DNA from: Candidatus Heimdallarchaeum endolithica
GTDB taxonomy: Archaea > Asgardarchaeota > Heimdallarchaeia > Heimdallarchaeales > Heimdallarchaeaceae
Reading direction: 5' to 3'
Assembly (NCBI GenBank): GCA_021513715.1
Contig: CP084167.1
Location: forward strand, 2,016,001 to 2,080,000
Length of the DNA: 64,000 bases
Under the pieces are notes generated by a model that saw nothing but the letters and a program-made list of their open reading frames with translations, searched no databases and was not told the DNA's origin. Position 1 is the first letter of the stretch, and every line of letters begins with the position of its first letter. Positions 47,723-57,853 of the stretch are shown here, in pieces. Both the position numbers and the translations under genes were made by a program.

Positions 47723-49972
47723 CTATTGCCCTTTTACTTGAGCCAAATCATTGTTTACATTTACTAATACTGCATTAATGTGGTCTAAACGGTTATTTAC
47801 TTCTGTAATTTCACTTGGAGATGGGCTACCACCTTCAACAATAGCAACTATAACATTTATGTCTGTTTGTATGGATATTAAAGAGAAATATATTATCGCA
47901 ATAGCATCTCTTGAACCACTTAATTGAGTCATTCCATTATTCGTTGTTTGATTAAAGTAATAGCTAGCGTTCCACATCTGCTTGATAGATGAGTCCAAAG
48001 AGGTGTTTGCTGCTAGAAAGTTAGTATAGGCAGTTGGATAATCGGCCCCATCAAAAGCAGTTGCTCCAGCATTAATATACCCCTTAATCTCTTTAAGATC
48101 TTTCATTGCTCCAAACAAATAATAGAATGATTGAGCTATATAATAGGCATTGTCAAGGTTTGAACTAATATTAAATGCCTGGAAATTAGAGGCAAATTCA
48201 TTTGCAGTTTCACTGAACTCTCCATAAATATTTGTTGTTGCATTTTCCTTAATTCCTGATATTCTAGTATCTAACGAATGAGCGCTTGTTTGTAGGTTTT
48301 CCAAGTTTGTTATACTTTCAGAGAGATCCGCTCTTACAGTGTCATAATCGCTAACATTTTCGTAACCAGTAGAGAAAACTGAAAGCGTACTATTTAACCC
48401 TATAAGTACTGGACCTAGATCTCCTCCAAAGAAACTTAAATCTGCAGCTAACCCAGTCATATCCACAATAAAAGCAACTGTACCATTCAATATAGGGGTG
48501 TCTGAGTGAACTAACTGAGCAACAGTTTTTGTTTGTAAAGCATTATAAGTGACATTGAAGTGTTCACCAGCTCTGTTAAAGTAGATTTCTGTTCCCGTAA
48601 AGTTAGTTTCATCACCTATAATTTCTTGAGCTTTCATTATATTATAAGCTCCAAAGAAGAAATGAATCAACGTCGCATAATTACTTTGACTACCATTTTC
48701 AAATGTTGGTTTTGATACTAACACATCAATCAATCCTGTTGCATTCTCGAAGATACTGAGATAACCTTCCATCTGATCTAGGGTTGAATCAATTTCATCC
48801 ATTCCTTCTATTGGTAATTCATGAAGTTCAGTTTTTATTTCCTGCCAATTCACCTGTTCTATCTCGTTTAAAGCGTCATCAAAAACATAACTACTATTAT
48901 CAAACAATTCTAGACCCTCATTAATATATTCAATACCTTGATTGAACAAGTCATCATCTATGGTTTGCTTAACTTGATCACCTTGCATAGTTAATGATTC
49001 AGAACTTGTATTCAAAGCGTTTGAGATCAGATCAAACCCTTTGAACAACTGATAAGATCCATTAACAAATGTTCCTGCTCCACCTAGGAGTATAAATGCT
49101 GCTTGGAACAGATGGTTAAAGTCATCTGCTGCATCACCTAAATAAGGTGACATAGAAAGAGCGCCTAATAATAATTCAATATCTTTTCCTCCTTTTTGGA
49201 ACCATTCTGAGGCTAAATTCAAATTGTTTACTGCTTCATTGATATCTGCTTGATCTGCATTCTGTAAATCTTGAAGGTATGAAAATCCATTTACCATATA
49301 TAAAGCTCCAACGCTCATATTAGTTCCTAGGTCAACAACTCCCGCAATAATTAGGTGAACAAAGGGTGTCATAACCATTCCTATTATAAAAAATATCAAA
49401 GCAAAAAAGGCTGAGAAAATTACCCACCATTTAGGTTTCTGAGTAAATATCTGAACTATCCACGTCACCGATAATGTACCAAAAATAAATATCGGTAAAC
49501 TAATAACTAAATCAACTACAAATGCAAAACCTGCATATTGCTTAATACTCTCTAGATTGTTCAACAGGTCTGCAGGGATATTATTTGATATGGAAGTATT
49601 AGTAATGGAATCAAGTTCGTCTACTATCACAAAAACTCTTTCTGAGACAGGAGCTAATGGATTATATACAGGAGCGTTAACTAAGTGCAACAAGTAACCT
49701 GCACCAAAGATAATTATTATTGCTAAAGGAAAGGTTACAAAAACTTTCCATTTACTTCTGGTCAACCCTGCAAAAACACCTAGACCTAGTAGCCCTAAAA
49801 CATAGGCAACAATTGTAGCTATAATACTGTCAGTAGGGTGTAGAGCCACCTCGAGTATAAACATCAGAGCTATTGTCCAAATTAGAAGAAACAGCAACCC
49901 CCAACCTAGAAAACTCCACTTTTTCTTTTTTTCTTCTTGATCTAAAATTTCTTTTTCTTTTTCTTTTGTCAT
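47723..49972 (-). CDS. Large membrane-anchored protein with long extracellular helical region
   Basis: About 5 N-terminal TM helices, then an acidic helical domain rich in N-x-S/T sequons. Confidence 0.65.
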   Translation of the reverse strand: MTKEKEKEILDQEEKKKKWSFLGWGLLFLLIWTIALMFILEVALHPTDSIIATIVAYVLGLLGLGVFAGLTRSKWKVFVTFPLAIIIIFGAGYLLHLVNAPVYNPLAPVSERVFVIVDELDSITNTSISNNIPADLLNNLESIKQYAGFAFVVDLVISLPIFIFGTLSVTWIVQIFTQKPKWWVIFSAFFALIFFIIGMVMTPFVHLIIAGVVDLGTNMSVGALYMVNGFSYLQDLQNADQADINEAVNNLNLASEWFQKGGKDIELLLGALSMSPYLGDAADDFNHLFQAAFILLGGAGTFVNGSYQLFKGFDLISNALNTSSESLTMQGDQVKQTIDDDLFNQGIEYINEGLELFDNSSYVFDDALNEIEQVNWQEIKTELHELPIEGMDEIDSTLDQMEGYLSIFENATGLIDVLVSKPTFENGSQSNYATLIHFFFGAYNIMKAQEIIGDETNFTGTEIYFNRAGEHFNVTYNALQTKTVAQLVHSDTPILNGTVAFIVDMTGLAADLSFFGGDLGPVLIGLNSTLSVFSTGYENVSDYDTVRADLSESITNLENLQTSAHSLDTRISGIKENATTNIYGEFSETANEFASNFQAFNISSNLDNAYYIAQSFYYLFGAMKDLKEIKGYINAGATAFDGADYPTAYTNFLAANTSLDSSIKQMWNASYYFNQTTNNGMTQLSGSRDAIAIIYFSLISIQTDINVIVAIVEGGSPSPSEITEVNNRLDHINAVLVNVNNDLAQVKGQ

Positions 49973-50089
49973 TTAGATTCTACCCTAAAAAGTTCTATTA
50001 TATATATTTGTGTAATAATATTTATATGTGTTGAAATTTTGTGATTTCTGAATTTGAAGTCCAAAAAATAATGTTTTAAGGTCAAAACA

Positions 50090-50872
50090 ATGAATAAAAC
50101 GAATCTGGATAAATTAAAAGAGTTGGCTCAACCATTTTTCTTAAAAGCCAAAAAAAAGGAATCAAATACTTTGATTTTACTAGTACATGGTTTTGGTGCG
50201 TCGTGTACAGAAACACGTCCTTTAGCTGAATTCTTAGCTGGAGAAGGATATGATTGCTACGGTATTTTACTATCAGGTCATGGATCTTCATCAAAAGATT
50301 TAGATAAAATAAAATGGACAGATTGGATCAATGATATCAAAGATGCTTATGACAAATATTCAAAAAAATATGATAAAGTAATTATTGGAGGAGTATCATT
50401 AGGCGGAGCTCTATCTTTATACTTTGGAAGCTTATTCCATGTTAACGGGATCTTTACTATAAATGCCTTTTATGAATTCAAACCTTTACACAAAATCATT
50501 ACTCCATTATTAGCTATATTCAAGAAACATATTCCAAGGAGTGAACAACGTATAACGTGGTATATTGAGAACAATCTTTTTTCATATTCATATGATTCTA
50601 CTTACGGAGCTTATCAGATTTTAAAATTTCATAAAAGACTACACAAAAATATTAAGAAAATTAGCGTTCCTGTTCTTTTAACCCAAAGTCAAACAGATCA
50701 GACAGTTAAACCTAAAAACGCTGAAAAAATCTACAAAAAGCTACAATGTAAAAAGAAACTTGTAAAAATACCGCAAGGAGATCATATTCTCACAGTGGAT
50801 GAAAATAGAGAATTAGCTTTTAAAGAAATCATAGCGTTTATTCGTGACATAAATTATACCAATTCCCCATAG
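50090..50872 (+). CDS. Alpha/beta-hydrolase carboxylesterase/monoacylglycerol lipase-like
   Basis: VHGF, GHG, GVSLGG nucleophile elbow, DQTV, GDH. Confidence 0.88.
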   Translation: MNKTNLDKLKELAQPFFLKAKKKESNTLILLVHGFGASCTETRPLAEFLAGEGYDCYGILLSGHGSSSKDLDKIKWTDWINDIKDAYDKYSKKYDKVIIGGVSLGGALSLYFGSLFHVNGIFTINAFYEFKPLHKIITPLLAIFKKHIPRSEQRITWYIENNLFSYSYDSTYGAYQILKFHKRLHKNIKKISVPVLLTQSQTDQTVKPKNAEKIYKKLQCKKKLVKIPQGDHILTVDENRELAFKEIIAFIRDINYTNSP

Positions 50873-52104
50873 TTTCCCCCTCCTCCAGGAATGATTTCCA
50901 ATTTATTTTCTCTCATCAACTCTATTTTTTTACCAACATAATCATTCTCTTTTCTAATTTCTTCTATTGATGCATTAAGTAAAATATTGTATTCATTTTC
51001 AAATGTAGCTATTAAACGGTTATACTCTTTTATCACCGTTTTTGAATCAGGATTCTTTATTTTAAGCCCTTTAGAAATAAGTGACACGAGAGGTACACTA
51101 TCAAAATAAGGAGGACGTTTTGTGTTTTTTTTATTTGTAGTCGCTAATAATTCTACTCTGTCATTCACGCCTAATTTAAGTAAACCATTACATGCAGGAC
51201 AACGTAGTTTTCTAGCTGATATTGAAATCATGAATTGTTTCTCATTTTCTTTTTCAAAATAAATGAACTTTTCATCATAAATTTTTGAAGGATTATGAAT
51301 ATATACTATCCTTCTTCTACATTTATAGCAAAAAGACAGATGATATTTGCCCAAACGAGGATCTAATCCAACATTCAAAATAATCTTGGACTTCTTTCCT
51401 TTTTCTAATGACTTTTGGATTGAACTGAAAGATACATCATCAACCTCTATCACATTTGCTTCTCGTCCTATTTTCGATGATTTAGGAGAATGGCTATCTG
51501 AATTGCTTAAAAAAGTATACCCCCAAAGTTCTTTTATTTTATCAGCCATCGCAGAATTTGCAGAAAGGCCGAGCTCTACAAAGTCAACCTTAGCAGTTGA
51601 TTCTTTAAAACAGTCTTTTAGTGATGAATATTTATTTTCTCTAAAAATTGAAGTAAAAGGGGTAAATATATGTGCAGGACCAATTAAACAGTTATACTCT
51701 CTTACCAAATCTACAAGTTGAGAAGCATCCATGTTCACTCTAGGTCTTCCACCATAGCGAGATAGTTTTATTTTGTTCTTTTTTTCAAACTCTATTGCTA
51801 TCTCAATACCAGTTTTTAAACTAGGAACTATAACTAAATGATGAATATGTTCGTTATCCTCAACTTCTCCTGTAGCAATAAACAATGTATTGGATTCTTT
51901 CTTTGAAGGGCTGTATAATCCATCAACTTCATAAGACAAATTTTCTTGAAGGTATTGATTCCATTGTTTGTGAAAAACATCTCCTGTTCCTATTATATCA
52001 AGTCCTTTTTTTCTTGCTTCTGCAGCTAAAATGGAAATCTTCATGTTTTTTGATACACCACGCGAGAAAGGACTATGGATATGAAAGTCAACTATCTGCT
52101 TCAA
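50854..52104 (-). CDS. Endonuclease Q / TIGR00375 family PHP nuclease
   Basis: DFHIHSPFS, GTGD, PAHIFTP, ELGLSA, SNSDSHS, GKYH..CxxC, CPAC, PGGGGNYG. Confidence 0.85.
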   Translation of the reverse strand: MKQIVDFHIHSPFSRGVSKNMKISILAAEARKKGLDIIGTGDVFHKQWNQYLQENLSYEVDGLYSPSKKESNTLFIATGEVEDNEHIHHLVIVPSLKTGIEIAIEFEKKNKIKLSRYGGRPRVNMDASQLVDLVREYNCLIGPAHIFTPFTSIFRENKYSSLKDCFKESTAKVDFVELGLSANSAMADKIKELWGYTFLSNSDSHSPKSSKIGREANVIEVDDVSFSSIQKSLEKGKKSKIILNVGLDPRLGKYHLSFCYKCRRRIVYIHNPSKIYDEKFIYFEKENEKQFMISISARKLRCPACNGLLKLGVNDRVELLATTNKKNTKRPPYFDSVPLVSLISKGLKIKNPDSKTVIKEYNRLIATFENEYNILLNASIEEIRKENDYVGKKIELMRENKLEIIPGGGGNYGELV

Positions 52105-52119
52105 AAAATCAACTCATGT

Positions 52120-52740
52120 TTAACTTTTTTTTGTTGAGAAAATCAAATACCCGGTTTTTAGTTTTGATGCTTCTTCCTCGGTTAATATTTCAACAGTTAG
52201 TTTTTCTTCATCATATGGGACAATTAAACTATTTCCTAGTGGATCTTCAATAATAAATGTAAGAGGTAAACTTCTTTCTATATAACTATTTAACTGGTTA
52301 ATATATTGGATAATTTTTTCTCGTTCACCTTTGCTTTGTGCATTCTTAAGTAAAAATAGAACTTTTTCTTTCACATCTTGCAGTACACCTTCTATATTAT
52401 TTATAAAACCAGTTGAACTTGGTCCTGGTTCTATCAAAACACCCAATTCAGGAATTCTCACTGTTCCATTGGCAGAGCGAACTATTTTAGAAGTATAATC
52501 TTTGGCATTTTCTACTCTATAAATATATCTTGTTGCTTCCTTTGATTCAAGGTTTAACATATCGTTATGTTTGTAACCACAATTATTGCATTTAATGTTA
52601 TACAACCAAACCTTTGAAAAATGAGGAATATTTAGAATCTTCTGAGAGACCTCAACATCGTTACTTTTACAAGATGGACATGTAATATCGAATTCTAGAG
52701 CACCAATGTCTTCGATTGTCATTTGCGTGACGACATTCAC
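52120..52740 (-). CDS. ZPR1 zinc-finger protein
   Basis: CPSC..IPHF...CNNCGY, IPELG..IEPG, NIEG, EDPLGNS. Confidence 0.9.
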   Translation of the reverse strand: MNVVTQMTIEDIGALEFDITCPSCKSNDVEVSQKILNIPHFSKVWLYNIKCNNCGYKHNDMLNLESKEATRYIYRVENAKDYTSKIVRSANGTVRIPELGVLIEPGPSSTGFINNIEGVLQDVKEKVLFLLKNAQSKGEREKIIQYINQLNSYIERSLPLTFIIEDPLGNSLIVPYDEEKLTVEILTEEEASKLKTGYLIFSTKKS

Positions 52741-52816
52741 TGATGTTAATATAAAACTTCGGAATCACTAGTTTACTAAACAAAAATTAATTTATAATCA
52801 CAATTTCTTACATACA

Positions 52817-53446
52817 ATGAGTTTAAGCGAAAAACTACCTCTTATTTATCAAAAATTATTAGAATTCTATGGTAAGCAAAACTGGTGGCCAGGAGAAGGA
52901 ATAGAAATAGCTATAGGAGCAGTACTAACTCAACAAACATCATGGAATAATGTTGAAATAGCGTTAAATAACCTCAGAAAAGCAAATTGTTTGTCAATTA
53001 AATGCTTACAATCAATCGAATTAAGTAAACTCGAAGAATTGATTCGTCCATCAGGTTATTATAGATTAAAGGCCATTCGGTTGCGTAATTTGATTAATTT
53101 ACTTGCAGAAAAACCTAAACCTACACGGGAAGAGCTTTTAAGTGTTAAAGGAATTGGATTCGAGACCGCAGATTCTATTTTAAACTATTTATTTGAAAAA
53201 CCCTTTTTCGTAGTCGATGCTTATACTTTCAGAATTTTTAAAAGACTAGGGATTTATAATAAAGAGAAATTTGATTATAACGAATTACAAAAACTAGTAT
53301 CACAAAATATACCTGAAGATGTAGAATTATACAAGGAATTTCACGCATTATTAGTTAAACATGCAAAAGAGACATGTTCAAAAAAAAGTCCCAAATGTAA
53401 TGAATGTCCTCTCAACGACATATGTGAAAAATTAGTGGTTTATTAA
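52817..53446 (+). CDS. HhH-GPD DNA glycosylase, endonuclease III-related
   Basis: GAVLTQQTSW, KGIGFETAD, VVDAYT, C-terminal C-x6-C-x2-C-x5-C. Confidence 0.88.
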   Translation: MSLSEKLPLIYQKLLEFYGKQNWWPGEGIEIAIGAVLTQQTSWNNVEIALNNLRKANCLSIKCLQSIELSKLEELIRPSGYYRLKAIRLRNLINLLAEKPKPTREELLSVKGIGFETADSILNYLFEKPFFVVDAYTFRIFKRLGIYNKEKFDYNELQKLVSQNIPEDVELYKEFHALLVKHAKETCSKKSPKCNECPLNDICEKLVVY

Positions 53447-53499
53447 CCAAAAATAGACAATTGAAAGTGTTTAAATAAAAACAAGTAAAGTTAGAAGTA

Positions 53500-54696
53500 A
53501 TGTATCTAACCAAAGAACAAGAAAGAATTTTAGAAGGAGAGGAAGGGGAATCTCTTTCTAAAATGCTACAGTTAATAGTTAAAATTGGAGAAGTAAATGA
53601 TGCAGAGAAGCTTATTTCTGTAAATAGTGCTCAAATTGCAGGAGTTTCTTATTTAACTGTAGGTGATGCAATATTTTCTTTTTTTGACATGATAAATAAA
53701 GACAATTTGAAAGTAAAGATCCCTTCGTGGTTAAATCCAGCAGGAATGGATATGGGCAGATACAAAGAGATGGGAATTGATAGTTTATTTTCTAAAAAGC
53801 AAATACAGATTATTGAAGAGTATAGAAAGCTAGGGATAAAAGATACTTTAACTTGCACACCCTATTTAGTGGGGCACGAACCAAAATTTGGAGAACATGT
53901 TGCATGGAGTGAGAGTTCTGCTGTTTCAATGGCTAATAGTTATTTTGGAGCAAGAACAAATCGTGAAGGAGGGCCCTCATCTTTAGCTTCAGCGTTAACA
54001 GGGCTTACTGCAGAATATGGATTACATTTACCAGAAAATCGTAAACCAGAGGTATTAATAGAAGTAGATGCAGTATTAGAGTCCTTCGCAGATTTTTCAG
54101 TTTTAGGGTTTTGGTTTGGAGAGAATCAAGGAGGAAAAATTCCTTTTTTTAGGGGAATAAAACAACTGTCTATAGAAAAAGCAAAGAGTCTATCTGCAGC
54201 AATGGCTGCATCGGGAAGCGTAGCGATGTATCATGTAGAATACTTCACACCAGAATATAAGAAAATTAAAAAAGAGGATTTAACAGAAACAATTCACTTT
54301 ACTGAAGAAGAAAAAAAGTCAATCTATGAAAGATTTAAAGAGCAAGATAATATTGATTTGATTGCAATAGGTTGTCCCCACGCTTCAAAAAAAGAAATAA
54401 AAATGATCTATAACGTTGTTAAGAGCAAACAGAAAAAATCTGATGTAGATATAATGATTTTTACTTCAAGGAAAGTTCTAACTGATGAAGAGATAGTTTC
54501 AATAGTAAAAAAAATGACTAAAAAGGGTATAAAGGTTTATGCTGATACATGTATGGTTGTCTCTCCTGTGACTAGACAAAATTACAGAAATATTATAACT
54601 AACTCTTCTAAAGCAGTTTTTTATTTAAGTAAAAACAAAGAAACTAATGTTTTCCTTGATACACTTGAAAATATTTTAAGGAGAATTGTAAGATGA
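53500..54696 (+). CDS. Aconitase X large subunit (probable phosphomevalonate dehydratase)
   Basis: GVSY, TCTPY, WSESSA, RTNREGG, GCPH, DTCMVVSP, TNSSK. Confidence 0.88.
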   Translation: MYLTKEQERILEGEEGESLSKMLQLIVKIGEVNDAEKLISVNSAQIAGVSYLTVGDAIFSFFDMINKDNLKVKIPSWLNPAGMDMGRYKEMGIDSLFSKKQIQIIEEYRKLGIKDTLTCTPYLVGHEPKFGEHVAWSESSAVSMANSYFGARTNREGGPSSLASALTGLTAEYGLHLPENRKPEVLIEVDAVLESFADFSVLGFWFGENQGGKIPFFRGIKQLSIEKAKSLSAAMAASGSVAMYHVEYFTPEYKKIKKEDLTETIHFTEEEKKSIYERFKEQDNIDLIAIGCPHASKKEIKMIYNVVKSKQKKSDVDIMIFTSRKVLTDEEIVSIVKKMTKKGIKVYADTCMVVSPVTRQNYRNIITNSSKAVFYLSKNKETNVFLDTLENILRRIVR

Positions 54697-55109
54697 AAGA
54701 AGTAGAAGTAAAAGTAATTGTAACAGGTAGTGTTAAAGGAGAAGCAATTGTTTCCAAAAAATCTATTTCTTTTCTTGGAGGAGTAGATGGAAAAAAAGGT
54801 ATAATTGCAGACATACAAAGCGAACTACACGGAAAATCAATTAAAGATAAGATATTTGTCTTTCCTGAAAGTGTGGGTTCCACAGTAGGATCTTATGTAA
54901 TATACAGTTTAAAGGTAAATAACGTTAGTCCTCTAGCTTTAGTAACAAATCAAGCTGAAACAATTGTTATTGCAGGAGCAATTTTAGCAGAAATACCTTT
55001 CTTTGAAGTAGCAAATAGAGACGTCACAAAAATAGTGTCCACAGGAGATATAATATCAATTAACCCTGAAAGAAGAACATTAACGATAGAAAAAAAAAGT
55101 AGTAGTTAA
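54693..55109 (+). CDS. Aconitase X small subunit (DUF126)
   Basis: ISFLGGVD, GSTVGSYV; 4-nt overlap with the large subunit. Confidence 0.88.
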   Translation: MKEVEVKVIVTGSVKGEAIVSKKSISFLGGVDGKKGIIADIQSELHGKSIKDKIFVFPESVGSTVGSYVIYSLKVNNVSPLALVTNQAETIVIAGAILAEIPFFEVANRDVTKIVSTGDIISINPERRTLTIEKKSSS

Positions 55110-55119
55110 AATAAAAAGT

Positions 55120-56859
55120 TTAATCTTTCTTTTTTGAACTATTTTGAAGTTGAGATAGACGTTTCTGAAACTCTTCTTGAAGAAGTGATTCTTGTTCTTC
55201 AAGCGCTTTCTTTTTCTCTTCTTCCATCTGAGCACGAAGTTCTGCTAAAGCTCGGTTTTTTTCTTCTTCAGCTTCCAACTTGAGCTCTTCTATCTCCTTT
55301 TTATGTTGGCTGTTTAATTCATTCATAAGTTCTTCTATTTCTTGTTTATGTTTTTCACTAACTTCAGCTTTAGTTTGTTCGATAATAGTAGACTTTTCTT
55401 CCTCAAACTTCTGACGTAACTCATTTTCGAGATTGGTTAACTCTTCTTGATGACGGGTAGACAACTCTTGCTTCTCTTTTGCAAATTCTTCCTGTAGTTC
55501 AAGTTTTACTTTCTCTACTGCAGCATCAATTTTCTCTTGAAGCACTCTATCACGCTCTTCCTTTATCTTTTGTACAAAATCAGGCGAGGTTATATCATCA
55601 AAGAAATTAAAGGCTTTAGAGATACTCAATATGCTAGATTCAACACTTTTAAACTCCTCTTTACTTATATCTTCTTCTGCAGCACGTATGATATCACGAA
55701 TCAAAGAAATAGTTTTTTCAACCACTTCGTCTGGAAGAATTAAAGAGTTCTTTAATGATTCTTTATAATTATTGCATCGTGCTTCAAAATCAGCTAATTG
55801 TCCTCCCAGCTCTTTTGACAAACTAACTTCACGAAAGATAAGATCATAAGGCCCAATCATCATTGTTTGTTTGGTTTGAAGTTGGTCATAGAAGGTTACC
55901 TTACCACTAACCTCATGAGTAACTTCTCCAGTAGCTGACATACAACGAAAAGTAAGAGAATGCTCATGCTTTTGTCCAGAAGTTAATTCAGGAACAGTGA
56001 ATTGTTTCTGGCCATCTAAAATTTCAACGTCATCAGGAATATAAAGTTGAAAATCAATATTAAAAGCGTCACCTTCACCTTCATTCTCCAAGATAACTTT
56101 TAGAGTACTGGGCTCATTTAGAACTAAATCGCGAGAAAAATTAAGTTCAGGAATGATTTTAGGAAGCTTAATCTTAGAGCGGAAAATGCGAACAACATCA
56201 TCAAGAGAACGATCAATGGCATCAACAAAAGAAGCATCCATCATCTGAGAAAGATGGGGTTTTAAATGACTCCCAACAAGTTGTTGAGCACTAAGAAGAG
56301 CCTTTGCATCCAAATCTTTAACCGCCTTAATGGCATAACCTGCGGCATAAAGAACCTGTTGAGCAACAGTAAAGCCAGGATCATTCTGAATTTGAGAGAT
56401 ATATTGATTGTAATATTGTTCAGCAAGGCTAAAATCCTCTAAAGAAAATAGAAGAAAACAAGAAGCAGAAACCAAAGTAATAGCACGTTCATACTCATTC
56501 CATAATTGCAAATAATCTTGAGCTGCAGATAAAAGATCATCAATAACAGCACGCATAGCAGCAGACCAATTTTCTTTATCATTCAATTTTTTATAAATAA
56601 GAGCAATTTGGTAGAGGTTTTGAGCACTAGTACGGTATTGCTTTTTTTCTTTATAATCCTCAGAAGCACGTAAAAAGTTCTGAATAGCTTCATTATATAA
56701 ATCACGAGCTTGCTCTAAGCCTAAGGTCTCATGTTGAACTTCAGCAGCTTTAAGATACTTATTAGCTGCCTGTGAATAATTGGCAGATTTAAAAAGATCA
56801 CGAGCTTCAGACATTAAACGAGCGAGATCACCATCATAACTTGTTCTTTCACCAGACAT
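55120..56859 (-). CDS. TPR/SNAP-like helical repeats + Ig-like domain + long coiled coil
   Basis: N-terminal A-A-x-x-Y-x-x-A-A helical repeats; LKVILENEGEGDAFNI Ig-like segment; E/K/Q-rich C-terminal coiled coil. Confidence 0.65.
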   Translation of the reverse strand: MSGERTSYDGDLARLMSEARDLFKSANYSQAANKYLKAAEVQHETLGLEQARDLYNEAIQNFLRASEDYKEKKQYRTSAQNLYQIALIYKKLNDKENWSAAMRAVIDDLLSAAQDYLQLWNEYERAITLVSASCFLLFSLEDFSLAEQYYNQYISQIQNDPGFTVAQQVLYAAGYAIKAVKDLDAKALLSAQQLVGSHLKPHLSQMMDASFVDAIDRSLDDVVRIFRSKIKLPKIIPELNFSRDLVLNEPSTLKVILENEGEGDAFNIDFQLYIPDDVEILDGQKQFTVPELTSGQKHEHSLTFRCMSATGEVTHEVSGKVTFYDQLQTKQTMMIGPYDLIFREVSLSKELGGQLADFEARCNNYKESLKNSLILPDEVVEKTISLIRDIIRAAEEDISKEEFKSVESSILSISKAFNFFDDITSPDFVQKIKEERDRVLQEKIDAAVEKVKLELQEEFAKEKQELSTRHQEELTNLENELRQKFEEEKSTIIEQTKAEVSEKHKQEIEELMNELNSQHKKEIEELKLEAEEEKNRALAELRAQMEEEKKKALEEQESLLQEEFQKRLSQLQNSSKKKD

Positions 56860-57010
56860 AATTTCTACCTTCTATTATATATTAATCCCATAAGTATAAA
56901 AAAGGAACTAATATAAAAAAAACTTTGTGGTTAAAAGAAAATCCAATAATGGAAAATGAAGTAAAAAAAGAAAGCAAGCCAAGACCAATAACTAATTATT
57001 AAAAAATGGG

Positions 57011-57121
57011 TGGTGGACTGGGGGGGATTTTCAGATTAGGTGCCCACAGCGCCTAAGACATCAATTGAACCCCCGGCCTTTTCCATGCCAAGGAAACGTT
57101 CTTCCTCTGAACTACCAGCCC
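57011..57121 (-). tRNA. tRNA-Ala(GGC) with 36-nt non-canonical intron in the T-loop (59/60; nt 57028-57063)
   Basis: GGGCTGG/CCAGTCC acceptor with G3:U70, TTTCC-TTGGCAT-GGAAA anticodon arm, BHB (TTCA/TGAA helix, ATT and AAT bulges), encoded CCA. Confidence 0.92.
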
Positions 57122-57199
57122 ACAATTTTTTTCACAATTTATGGCAATTGTGATTTTCTTCTTTTATAAATTTTTTTTGGGTTAGTAAAATCTAACCTT

Positions 57200-57364
57200 T
57201 TAGTGTTTATGCCATGCATATTTTCTTATTTTTGCTGTTTTTCCATATCCACATGATGCACAAACTTTTTTTGTTCGGTGATATGATCTTTTTCCACATC
57301 TTCTGCAGATCATGTGTGTTGCTGCTTTATTGTGTCTTCCGAATGATGGTGTTCCTTTAGTCAT
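57200..57364 (-). CDS. rpl37e: 50S ribosomal protein L37e
   Basis: [41 protein letters not shown]... (54 aa, not in the ORF track); conserved SmAP-L37e pair. Confidence 0.95.
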   Translation of the reverse strand: MTKGTPSFGRHNKAATHMICRRCGKRSYHRTKKVCASCGYGKTAKIRKYAWHKH

Positions 57365-57388
57365 TTTTATCCCTTTCTTTTTTTATTC

Positions 57389-57622
57389 TTATATCACTGG
57401 AGAGACCATTATCACATTGTCTCCTCTTAGTATTATGTCTCCTAGAGGTATAAGTCCTTCCTCTCCTATTTCTTCTGCATTTTCTAGTATCAAGTTGAGG
57501 TGCACATCGTAAGCTTTTAGTGTTCCTCTCATTCGTCTATTTCCTCTTAGCCTTATCAACACTGTCTTTTCTCTTGCGTTATTCAATAGGTCCATTGGTT
57601 TTTGTGTCTTACTCATTGTCAT
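57389..57622 (-). CDS. Sm-like archaeal protein (Lsm/SmAP1)
   Basis: KPMDLL...GTLKAYDVHLNLIL...IILRGDNV; start ATG 57622 or 57616. Confidence 0.93.
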   Translation of the reverse strand: MTMSKTQKPMDLLNNAREKTVLIRLRGNRRMRGTLKAYDVHLNLILENAEEIGEEGLIPLGDIILRGDNVIMVSPVI

Positions 57623-57853
57623 TACTCCAATTCTCTCGTTCCTCAAGTTTATACTGTTAATATAAATATTTCTTTTTTCGATTATTATTTAAAAAAAGAG
57701 TCTTTGTTTTTTTCACCTTTTTCAACGTATTAAGCTCTAACTCTAAACTTCCTTTACATTTACTCAGTAATTAACTAATTAGAAAAAAAATCAAAGCAAT
57801 AAAAAGAGAGAAAAAGAGAAAAGGAGAATAGCAAATAAATTAAGGATCAGAGC

